A stretch of DNA of 64,000 bases from Vicugna vicugna (taxonomy: Eukaryota): assembly GCA_013265495.1 (NCBI GenBank), contig MU057947.1, forward strand, positions 568,048-632,047, given 5' to 3'. Below the pieces are notes generated by a model, which saw only the letters and a list, made by a program, of their open reading frames with translations, was not told the DNA's origin and did not search any database. The position numbers and the translations under genes were made by a program. Positions 12,946 through 23,480 of the stretch are shown piece by piece. Position 1 is the stretch's first letter. Every line of letters begins with the position of its first letter.

Positions 12946-13318
12946 CAGGAGTTTGCCAGCTAGGGCTGGAGGCTTGCTGCCTGTGTTCATTAATAGTTTC
13001 ATTGGAACACAACCATGAACATTGTTCACGTATGGCCGCCTTTTGCTACAATGCCGACGTTGAGCAGTTGGAATAATAACAATGACCTGCAAACCTAAAA
13101 TAAGCAGTGGAGTCAGCCCTCCGCTCTCACAGGTCTGCACCCACGACCTCACCCGCTGAGGAGCCCAGGGATACGGAGGCCAGCGGTGTGACACCATTTC
13201 ATTTCAGGGGCTTGAGCATCCTCAGATTTTGAAATCCGTGGACGGCCTTGGGACCAATCTCCATGTGATGTGGAGGAACGACCGTATATGGCCCCGTGGG
13301 AAAGTCTGCAGAGCCCCA
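12946..13318 (+). mobile_element. MER58A-like hAT-Charlie MITE
   Basis: ATTGGAACACAACCATG...GTTGAGCAGTTG...GCAAACCTAAAATA matches recalled MER58A. The left flank GTCTAGAG fits the Charlie NTCTAGAN target; the right flank GTCTCGCA is a decayed match. Confidence 0.7.
13110..13284 (-). mobile_element. MER2/Tigger3-type Tc1-mariner MITE
   Basis: GGGGCTTGAGCATCCTCAGATTTTGAAATCCGTGG...GGACCAATCT is the reverse complement of the recalled MER2 5' region. Decayed terminal inverted repeats (TIRs); TA at 13285-13286. Confidence 0.7.
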
Positions 13319-15632
13319 GTCTCGCATACAATTCATCGACTTCTTGGTTAGCCTGTCTGTCCCACTGGAATGCAGTCTCCGTAAGGACAGACCCTCTGCT
13401 CGGCTCGCTGCTGTCTCGCCTGGTCCTTGGGTGGCATCTGGCACACAGTAGGTACTCACAGTATCTGCTGGATGACCGTGAAGGTGCCAGCCAGCAGGGC
13501 GCTGGGCAGCAGTTTACGAGGCCTCTAATTCCTAGGCTTTGGAATTTTGGCCTTTGGGTGCTTGTATAGTGCACAGAATGAGCAGATGCATCGAGTCATA
13601 GGAGTAAAAGGGGTGAGTCCCAGTTCCCTGGAAACCAGCTTGGCTGCAGAGTCGCATGCATGTGACTTACCAGGGAGGACTCGTGAGATTCAGCCTCTCA
13701 GCAAGTGTGAAGGGTGAGACGGGGCGGGGGGGGAGGCCAGGGCCTGCGTAGTAACCTGGCTGCAGGTGAGGGTGCAGCCACACCTAACCTGCTGCAGGGA
13801 GCGCTGGAGCTGGCATGGCCTTCAGCGTCATCCTGGATGGAGGCCCGGGACTCCGGCCTCGGTCCCTGACCGCCCTCTGGGATGGCCGTGGCCGCAGATG
13901 AGAGCCTTTCCGCACAAGGCAGCAGTGGGGGAGGCACCGCTAAACCCTCCTGAGCCCTGGGGTTTGGTGGACGGGCCTGGAAATGGAGTCCGGGCAGGCA
14001 CCACCGTTTAAACATCGAGTTAAAGCCTGCGCCCTCACTCACACGGACACGCGCTGCACGCGGAGGCCCGGGAGTGGGAGTTGCCTTGTGCCAGGGCACC
14101 TGGCGGCTAGTGCCAGGCTCCTTTCCCCTCAGCCCTGCTGGGCAGTGGCCCTCACGTGGGTGTGAACGGTTACCAAGGGAACCAGGCTGGTCAGGAAGCC
14201 CAGTGACCTCTCACCTTTAATGACAGCCGAGGCCGGGACTTAGCACCCCGCTATGCGGAAGGGCCTTTTGTTAAGGGGGCCTTCATTTTGGCTTCAGGCT
14301 GCATGGGACCCACCCGGCAGGTCCGGGCATCCCAGGGCCCTCAGCCCCTGCCAGCCCCCTGCGTCCGCAGCAGTGCCCACTCTGTCCTCCCGAGGTTCCG
14401 GTCAGAGCCTCGGTGGCGTCCTTTCCCACCGCCTGGGGCGCGCTTGAAACGGTTACACACCACGTTATAACTGAGTTCAGACACACAGCTGCAGACCTCC
14501 TAAGGGCCAGTCTGTCTGAAACATCACTGTCATTTTTTTTTTTTATCTTTGGAGCCCTGCTTGTATGGGATAGGGAGACCACGCCACAAGCTATTGTGGA
14601 ATATCGTGGTGCAGGGAGGCTGCCGCCAGCCAGGGCCTCCAGGGTCTGTTCTGGAAGATTCACGTGAGAGTATGACCTTCTTTAATGTCTGCACACCGTC
14701 CTGCTCTGTGTCTCGGGGAAGCTGATTCCTCGAAGTGCCGCCTGTAAGTGGAGTCACAGAGAAGGTGCCCTTTGTCACTGGCTCCTTTCACTCCGTGTGA
14801 CTCATCCGGCCGAAGCGTGTGCCAGAGTCACCTTCTTTTCGGGAGCTGGAGCACAGTGGGCCTTAGAGGCGAGGACCGAGAGGACAGCACGACGTGTGGG
14901 GGTCAGGTGCCGTCGGGCTGGTGGCCGGCCGTGGGCCGTGGGCCGGGCCCTCCCTGCGGCCCTCAGCCCGCGAGCTCGCGCTGCAGCCGGTGTGCAGCCC
15001 TCCGGCCGCCCCGGGCCGGCGGGGCCTCTTTGTGCGGGGCTGTCAGAGGGCTCCCAGCCCTGACGCGCGCACCGGCTGCTTTTCCTCCTTCAGATCAGCG
15101 GCCTTGGACAGCTGCTTTGGCAGCCGTTTCAAGCTGCTCTGTCTTGTCATTTCAGAGTCCAGTATCTGCTGCTCTGAAGGAAAAAAACAGGGATGGGCTG
15201 GACCATCGAGCTCGGTCTCCTGACCTCCGTGTCGCCCATGAGCGGTGAAGGGTAACTCTTGACGAGCCGTGTCAGATGTGACAGGCAATCTCGTTGGGTT
15301 GAGTGGAAATGTGCTGTACAAGTTTGAAGCCCTGGTTGGGGGCATTTTTCTGGTGTTCAATGCATTTAAATTGACACAGACTTCAGTGTGTTGCTCATCC
15401 CAGGCCTGGGGCTGGAGGCTCCCGTTTCTTAACCGTGTTCCCGGCACCGCTGACCTTCCCCGCCTCCGTGGCGCCTTCCTCCTAACTATCTCAGCCCCAC
15501 TTAGGAAGTGCATTTGCTTTGCTTTCGTGGAGGAGAGGCCTGCGGGGCTCTGTTGCGTGTGGACAGGAGGGGGGGGCCGTCTCTTGCCGTTGACAGAAGC
15601 AGCTTCTTCCCTCATCCTGTCGCGTGAAAGGC

Positions 15633-15905
15633 CTGTGTCGGCAGCCATGACCTTCAGGGACAGTCATTTCCCTCTTGTTTCTAACTCCTAGAAAGTGGGT
15701 CTGTTCTCATTTTAGCGGTAAAAGAAGACCGTCCTCTACTGGGGGCCCTGCCACCCCGTCCCCTTCCCCCGACTGTGTCGGCAGACCTTCAGGGACAGTC
15801 ATTTCCCTCTTGTTTCTAACTCCTAGAAAGTGGGTCTGTTCTCATTTTAGCGGTAAAAGAAGACCGTCCTCTACTGGGGGCCCTGCCACCCCGTCCCGTT
15901 CCCCC
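15633..15905. repeat. 135-bp tandem repeat (two visible copies) running into an assembly gap
   Basis: GACCTTCAGGGACAGTC starts at 15649 and 15784. The copies differ by one substitution and a 5-nt indel (CCATG). Confidence 0.9.
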
Positions 15906-16779
15906 NNNNNNNNNNNNNNNNNNNNNNNNNNNNNNNNNNNNNNNNNNNNNNNNNNNNNNNNNNNNNNNNNNNNNNNNNNNNNNNNNNNNNNNNNNNNNNN
16001 NNNNNNNNNNNNNNNNNNNNNNNNNNNNNNNNNNNNNNNNNNNNNNNNNNNNNNNNNNNNNNNNNNNNNNNNNNNNNNNNNNNNNNNNNNNNNNNNNNNN
16101 NNNNNNNNNNNNNNNNNNNNNNNNNNNNNNNNNNNNNNNNNNNNNNNNNNNNNNNNNNNNNNNNNNNNNNNNNNNNNNNNNNNNNNNNNNNNNNNNNNNN
16201 NNNNNNNNNNNNNNNNNNNNNNNNNNNNNNNNNNNNNNNNNNNNNNNNNNNNNNNNNNNNNNNNNNNNNNNNNNNNNNNNNNNNNNNNNNNNNNNNNNNN
16301 NNNNNNNNNNNNNNNNNNNNNNNNNNNNNNNNNNNNNNNNNNNNNNNNNNNNNNNNNNNNNNNNNNNNNNNNNNNNNNNNNNNNNNNNNNNNNNNNNNNN
16401 NNNNNNNNNNNNNNNNNNNNNNNNNNNNNNNNNNNNNNNNNNNNNNNNNNNNNNNNNNNNNNNNNNNNNNNNNNNNNNNNNNNNNNNNNNNNNNNNNNNN
16501 NNNNNNNNNNNNNNNNNNNNNNNNNNNNNNNNNNNNNNNNNNNNNNNNNNNNNNNNNNNNNNNNNNNNNNNNNNNNNNNNNNNNNNNNNNNNNNNNNNNN
16601 NNNNNNNNNNNNNNNNNNNNNNNNNNNNNNNNNNNNNNNNNNNNNNNNNNNNNNNNNNNNNNNNNNNNNNNNNNNNNNNNNNNNNNNNNNNNNNNNNNNN
16701 NNNNNNNNNNNNNNNNNNNNNNNNNNNNNNNNNNNNNNNNNNNNNNNNNNNNNNNNNNNNNNNNNNNNNNNNNNNNNNN
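15906..16779. other. Assembly gap (874 N)
   Basis: Run of N bases. Confidence 1.
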
Positions 16780-17335
16780 CTCCACTGCATTATCCCAGCG
16801 TCGGTAATGTAAACTTTGATCACTTGGTGAAGGTGGTGTGCCCTGCAAGGTGCCAGTCACTTCCTATGTAGTGAGTGAGATTCTGGGAGCCAGGGAAACC
16901 TCCTCCCACGAAGATGTGGCTTGCTGGATATGCTGTCACCGGTGACTCCATGCACCCTTACTTCTGTGACGGACGCCTTGGTCTTCTCCCCACTGTCTGT
17001 CAGCCATGGACTGATTGACATCACTATGGACTCATGGATCTTTTTTTTTTACTGGGTTTTTAATTATTTTGATGCTCAGATTATCCTGGATCGGCCAGAG
17101 GGGGCCCTTTAGGACGGCTCTTGTGTCGTAATTTTGTCCCCATCAGTCTGGGAGTGCAGCCTTAGTTTGGAGCTGTGAGATGAGTCAGGCTTGCCTCCTC
17201 TTTCCCCGTCTCAGCCGTGAAGGCAGCCTTGTCTCTGTGGAGTCCTGGTTTTCTCCGGTGGATAACTGAATGTAGCTACCAGAATCAACCAGGATCTGTG
17301 TGCGAGGCATGCTCATGGCTCCAAGTGTGCCTCTG
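16780..17335 (-). mobile_element. Old L1 3' UTR (L1MC4/5-like)
   Basis: AACTTTGATCACTTGGTGAAGGTGGTGT, ATGGACTCATGGAT and ACCAGGATCTGTGTGCGAGGCATGCTC match the recalled L1MC 3' end in reverse orientation. Confidence 0.7.
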
Positions 17336-18756
17336 GACCAGACTTCTTTCCTTATCATCTCCATAGGAATCGTCTTAGACATCTTCCCCCAAGTGCACTG
17401 CCTCCCACGTGCACCTCAGCAGCGCAGGTCATAGTGCCGAGCCGCAGAACGTTCTTCATTGCTGGGCAGTGCGGTGTGGGGAGCCCCAGCGTGGTTATCT
17501 GTTCTCCTGTTGGTGGACACTCATGCTGTTTCCAGTTGCTGGCTATTGAGGAGTAAAGCTGCTGTGAACATGCACGTAGGCATCTTTATGTGGACGTGTG
17601 CTTTCAGTTATCTTGGTCAAATGCTCAGTAAAGGAATTGCCAAATCATAGTGTTAAGTATATTTAACCATCTAAGAAGTTATCAGATTTTTCCAAAGAGG
17701 TCACATGACTTTACCTTGCCGCTAGCAGTATGTTAACAGTAGTTCCACATCCTTGCCAACACTTGGTGTTGTCAGGTTTTTAATTTTAGCAGCTTGAGTA
17801 GGACCGTGGAGTTTCACTGTGGTTTTAATTGGCATTTTCCTGAGACTCATCATTTTCCTGATGAGCTCGAGCACCTTTTCATGGCTTGTTGGCCATTCTT
17901 TATGAAGTGTCTCGTCACCCCCCCATTCTGTTTTTATTTGGTTGTTTCTTACTATTGAATTCTAAGAAATTTTTTAGAATTCTGCATACAAGTCAGATAC
18001 ATGTATTGAGAGTATCACCTCTTGGTCTGTGCCTTATTTTTTCATTTTCTTAACAGCATCATTTTAAGAGCAGAAGTTTTTCGTTTTTATGAAGTCCATT
18101 CTGCTAATTTCTCAGAGGGTTTGAACTTTGGAGCCTCCTATCTAAGAAATATTCTCTTAGGCCAAGCTTGCAATAAGTCTAATCTTATATTTTGTTTTAT
18201 ACATTTTATAACTTTAGCATTTACACTTCGGTCTGTGGTCCTTTTCGCATGACTTTTGTGTGTGGTGTGAAGGTCATTTCTCCCGTTAGGGTGTACAGTG
18301 TCACAGGCACACACTGCCATTTCCAGCACTATGTGGTCCCTGTGTCATCCTGGCCGTGTGCGATGGGTCTGTTTCTGGACTCGATTCTATTTTCTGTCTG
18401 TGTCTCCACTGTTGTATTTTATAGGCAGTCTTTGTCCTAGTACAGGTCATCCAGACTTGGTCTTCTTTTTCGAAATTGTTTTGGCCGTTCCTGGTTCTTT
18501 GTTTGTATGTCCATTTTCTAATAAACTCATTTATTTGTACTCAGAAAAGCCTCATGTGATTTTGATGGAGATTGCATAGAATCTGTAGCTCAATTCCGCG
18601 AGAGATTTCACAATTTTGAGCCTAGATCTGCGATCATAGTATACCTGTTTTCTTTAATGTCTCAACATATTTTGTAATATGGGGGGTCTATGTGTTCTTA
18701 AGTTTTGTCATAAGGTTTTCATGTGTTTTTGATTCTTTATAGATGTTGTATTTGTA

Positions 18757-19102
18757 TTTTTTTTTTAGAGATAGGAACTTTATTATTATGCAGATAGCTA
18801 TGCAAACGGGCCCAGGCACGCTGCCCAAGGGCCTTCTCACACAACCTGTGTGTCCCTGTACCACAGGCACCGAAGCAGCAACACCGAAGGAGAGCAACAT
18901 TAGAACTTCCAGAAAACAGTATCTCAGAGGCCATTGGGCCCTGATCCCGATGTGAAATGCTCTGTTACAGGAGCTCTGAGCAGACAGCTCAGCTGGCTGC
19001 TGAGGGCTGGCCCTGATGCTGAGCCAGCGGTTAAGGTACCAGCTGTCGTGAGGATGAAGATGAGGGCTGTGAGTGAAGGCTGGCAGCCCTGCTTCTAGGA
19101 AA
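18757..19102 (-). pseudogene. Retroposed polyadenylated non-coding fragment (3' UTR retrocopy or orphan transduction)
   Basis: T10 at 18757-18766 and TTTATT at 18779-18784, i.e. AATAAA 12 nt before the poly(A) on the minus strand. Non-L1 body flanked by GTTGTATTTGTA (18745-18756) and GTAGTATATGTA (19103-19114), 10/12 identical. Confidence 0.55.
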
Positions 19103-21007
19103 GTAGTATATGTAAGTTGGGATGCCTCTTGCGGCAGTTTTTCTTTGCTAGTGACTAAAATACAGGAACGTTTGGTAAATTTGTTGTGCGTTCTGTGAAT
19201 TTACTAAACACGTGAGTTCTAGCAGCACCGTCTCCCGCGTGCACAGCCAGCCCGGCTGGGACTGTTTCATTCCTGCTTTACACTCACTGTGGCTGTTTCC
19301 CTCGGCTTACTGTCCGGGCTGGGATCTCCAGATCACGCTGAGCAGGAGGTGGCAGAGGATGCCTTTCCTGTTCCCGATCTGGGGGTAAGGCCCTGGTATT
19401 TTACCATTAAATGTGACAACGGTTCTTTGTATGTGCCCTTTATCGGGTTGAAGAGGTTCTGCTCTAATCCTGTAGGCTGAAAGTTTTATCATGGAAGGTT
19501 GTAAGATCTTGTCAGGTGCCTTTCTTTTGGCGTCTATTGAAATGTTTGTACGGTTTTTGTCTATTATTCTGTTAATATGGGAAGTACACTGATTTTCCAG
19601 TTTAACAAGCCTTGCCTATTATAATAAATGCCATTTGCCTCCCCACCTCCTCTCTCTCTGTACGTATATGTGTGTGTATAATTCTAGCCTGATTTCTCTA
19701 TATGTAGAAACAAATAAGTAATGCTGGTATATATTTGCTAATATTTTAAGAATTAAATAAGAGCTAAGAATTATTCTTCAGGAGGAACATTGTCTATGGT
19801 TTTCTTATAATAGCTTTTCCAGGCGCTACTTGCCAAGGTTTAGCACTGGCCTCATGAACTGGGGAGCGCTCCCTCTTCCTCTGCTGGCTTAAAGTGCTGG
19901 TTTAGGACTGGCATTTCTCCCTTCAGTGTTTGATGGCATCTGGGCCTGGAATTTTCTTTATGGAAAGGTTATTAATTACATATTCAGTATTTAAAATAGA
20001 CAGGGAGAAACAGGAAACCTAAACAAATCTAAATTACTCCGTTTGGGTAATTTGTCCGTCAAAGAGCTCGCCCGTCCCACCTAGGGTGTCGAACGTGCGG
20101 CATGAATCGTCCACAGCGCTCCCTCGTGTCCTGCTGGCTACCCTGCGGGGTCCGGGGGCACGGGGCCAGTCGTCACGCGCCTGCTCTCCTGTCCTTTTCT
20201 CCGCTTCTGACTTAGTACTTCCCTCTCTAACTCCTTCCAGCTTGGTCTTGTTAAAGTTTACCAGTTTTTTCAGTCTTTTCAAACATCAGTTTCTGCCTGT
20301 GAATTTTTTCTGTTGACTTTTTCAGTTTCATATTTTATTGATTTCTGTTTCTGATTATTTCCTTCTTCTGTAGATTCGATTTTAACTCTTCTTTTTCTCA
20401 GTTACAAGCTTAGGCCATTGGTAGTGGACTTTTCTTCCTTTGTAACATGTGCTCAGAGCTGTACATTGTCCTCTGAACAATACTTCAGCTGCATTCCACA
20501 AATTTTCATGTGGTTTCTTTTTATTACTCAACTTGAAATATTTTATAATTTCCATTCTGATTCCTTCTTTGACTCATGGACTGTTTAGTAATATGTTGAT
20601 TTCTGTGTGTGGTCCATTTGACAAGTGTTCCCTGACATTTGAAAACACTATGCTCTCTTGTGTGCAGTCTTCAGTCAGTGTGTGTTGGGGCCAGTTGTTT
20701 GATGATGTGGTTCAGGCCTTCTGTGTCTTCCCTGATTTTTTGTCTCCTTATGTCAATAACTGAGAAAGACCTGTTGGAATCTCTAATTGTGGATTGGCCT
20801 GTTTCTCCTTTCAGTTCTGTCAGTTTTTGCTTCATGTGTTTTGAAGCTTTGTTACTAGGGGCCCAGTTATTTAGGATTATTACGTCCTTCTGTCAAGTGA
20901 CCCCTTCACATTAGGAATCTCTCTCTGTCTATGGTCATTTTTCTTTTCTGAAGTTGACTCTGATTTTATATTGCCATCTGTCCTGTGCTTAGTCTTAGTG
21001 TGGTGTA

Positions 21008-21386
21008 CAGACACACCTCATTTTGTTGTGCTTCCCAGACATTGCATTTTTTACAAACTGAAAGTTTGTGTCCACCCTACATTGTCAAATGGTGGTTCGC
21101 AGCCTTATGTTGTCAAGTGATGGTTAGCATTTCTTAGTGATAATTTTTTAAAATTTTTTAATGCCTTTATTGTGGTATGGCTCCTGTACATATTGCTGTG
21201 TGTAGCTGTGAAGTGTTTCTAGTGCGCATGTTCATTGTGTTTTCAGACACATGCTCTTGCACACTTACCAGACTACATAGTGCAAGCACCACTTCCATGT
21301 GCACTGGGAAACCTGAACGTCTCTGGGACTTGCTTTGTTGCGGTGTGTGCTTCGTGGTGGTGGTCAGCACCTCCGAGGTCTGCCGG
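21008..21386 (+). mobile_element. Internally deleted Tigger1 derivative (Tigger1a-like)
   Basis: TA flanks at 21006-21007 and 21387-21388. Ends CAGACACACCTC and GAGGTCTGCCGG resemble Tigger1 TIRs; internal TTTTTTACAAACTGAAAGTTTGTG and TGCACTGGGAAACC. Confidence 0.8.
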
Positions 21387-21621
21387 TACGCTTTTCTGTT
21401 CTTTTGCTTTTAACCTATTTCTTTAAAGTGTGTTTCTTGATCACATGACACAGTTACCCAGCATGCCAGTCTCACCTTTCATTTGGAATGTTGCAGTTCG
21501 TGTACTGTCGGTGCAGGTGAGGTTAGTCTACCATTTTGCTGATTGTTTTCCATTTGTACGTTTGTTCTTTGTTCCTTTTCCTCATTTCTACTCTAATTGA
21601 GTATATTTTGTTTGTTTAGTG

Positions 21622-21827
21622 TAGCACCATCCAGTAGAATTTCCAACAGTGGTGAAATGTGGTGTCCACACTGTCCAGAATGGTGGTCACTGGCCACATG
21701 TGGCTTTTGAGCACATGACATACGAGTCGTGCAACTGAGGAAAGGGAATATTTAATTATATTTAGTTTGAAGTAATTTGAATGTAAGTAGTCACTTGGGG
21801 GCAGTTGCAGCCACACTGGACGGCGTG
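21622..21827 (+). mobile_element. MER3-like hAT-Charlie MITE
   Basis: CACTGGCCACATGTGGCTTTTGAGCAC and GCAACTGAGGAA match recalled MER3. Confidence 0.75.
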
Positions 21828-22559
21828 ACTGGGGTCACAACGTGTGTCTTTGACGTCCCGTGGTCTGCTTTGAAATGGCGCTCTAGGGCTCCGCGTGTAA
21901 TGTGAGAATTTCACAACAGTGCGCTCACATTCACTCCTTTCTGTTCTTTGCACGCTTACTTTTATAGATTTTACCTCTACGTGTTACAAACTCTAAATAC
22001 ATGGTTGTTTTTGCTTTAAACAGTCCTTTAGAAATAATTACTTAAAATAGAAATGAAAATGAGAAAATACTCTTTTATTGACACATTTTGATGTGCTCAG
22101 TATGTTGGAACACCTCTGGGGGTTAAGCAGCTTCATTGGATAGCAGTGACCTGGGGATGAGGGGCAGAGAATCATGGAGCAGAAGCAAGGTCATCTCTGG
22201 GCTGTTGAAATGCAGCAGGCAGAGGTGAAGGTGCTAAGAGGTGGTCAAACTTGGGGTTTTTCTGGAAGCCCAATATTCTAGTTATAGGAAATGTATCTTG
22301 ATTGGTTGAGTACTGTTCTTCCACATTCTGGCCCTGTTCCCTGCCCTGTTTGCTTCTCAGAAATCACTGTGGACATTAAAACAGCCACACCCACGCCTAA
22401 CTTTAGCCAGAAAGTGCTGATCTCACTGTGAGTTCCGTGACGTGTCTCGCCGTAAGCAGAGCCCCCCGCCACCTCCCAGAATGTGTAACACACTAACAGG
22501 ACCCAGTGACGTACAAGACAGAGATTTCTCTGTGTGTTGTGTTTATTCCTTTTCCATTG

Positions 22560-23480
22560 AAGGAGTAGTGATTGATGACAACATGGAACAGGTGGCTTGT
22601 TTCACAGCATTTGATTTTGAACAGTGGTTTGTGGCATAGATTTGCTTAATTTCCTGAGGTTTCATTCTGTTGGGTGGGTAGCTGGGTTTCACAACTTAAA
22701 GGGATGAGTTTTCTAGTGAGTTAGTTTTGTGTGTTTGTTTTTAAAGAAGAGATCATTTAAGCCAATTAAGAAAAACAGGGATTTTGTATGCAGAGCTCTC
22801 TGTGGATTGACAGGGAATGCCTGCTTCCAAGGCTCACATGCTGACTGGCGCCGTCTAAACTGGGCGATCCCTGTTGCCTTGTACTTAGACTCTGAGTGCC
22901 CCGCAGCGTTAGAGATTTTCTCATCTTTGCATCAGATTTTACCATGTTTTGGCTTTTAGGCAGAGATATGGTTCCACTTTGAAAGCTCTGGAAATAATTC
23001 TGAGATTGCATCTGTTTCTCTCCATTTGACATCCAGATTGTTTGCCTTGAAATTAAATGCTGGTTTTGTAAACTATCAATGAAATAATCAATTGTGGAAC
23101 CTAATGCCTTTTCGTTGACATGGTATTGAATAATATAAATACCTAATATAATGTTACCTCCCCGATTGGATTCCATATGATTTCACGTAGGGGAGATCAG
23201 TACTGAAGTGCACACAGAGCTGCGGTAACTGCTATCAGGAGATTTCAATTATTAATTGCTGATTTCAGACAGTTAATTTATTTTTAATGTCCAGTAACAT
23301 TACACAGCCTTCTTTGCTTTCTTTCTCCCCCCACCTCCTGCTTAACTGTTTAAGTTCTGAACTGCATCCAAGTCAGTCTTGTACAGTCATTAAGAATATG
23401 GCTAGAATGAATATTGGGTTTTGTGACTAAAAGTGACAGTGGCTTTCCAGTAAATGACTTGTTTTCTTCACGTATTTAGG
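22560..23480. promoter_or_regulatory. Putative conserved non-coding element
   Basis: Repeat-free AT-rich block. GGATTGACAG (22804-22813) is one base from the PBX-PREP/MEIS decamer TGATTGACAG; multiple ATCAAT/TAAT motifs. Confidence 0.4.

Larger units (their letters stand above)
12630..13482 (+). mobile_element. L2 (L2a-like) 3' end, interrupted by MER58A-like and Tigger-type elements
   Basis: CAGGGCCTTTGCATGTGCTGTTCCCCCTGCCAGGAA (about 12770-12805) and the terminal TGGCACACAGTAGGTACTCA...GGATGA (about 13439-13475) match the recalled L2 3' consensus. Confidence 0.75.
17440..22080 (-). mobile_element. Degraded old L1 (L1MD/ME-like), ORF2 region, with nested insertions
   Basis: T-rich antisense L1 motifs such as AAAGCTGCTGTGAACATGCACGTA, GTGGTTTTAATTGGCATTTTCCTGA, CATCTGGGCCTGGAATTTTCTTT and TTTCAGTTCTGTCAGTTTTTGCTTCATGTGTTTTGAAGCT. 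Confidence 0.75.

Noticed and set aside
15633..15905. Direct repeats as a possible CRISPR-like array
   Set aside because: Head-to-tail 135-bp units with no unique spacers, in mammalian DNA with no cas genes.
15675..16871. ORFs of 329-398 aa
   Set aside because: Artefacts of translating through the 874-N gap.
22563..22591. Possible exon encoding GVVIDDNMEQ
   Set aside because: AAG acceptor and weak gtggct donor; no recognisable protein.
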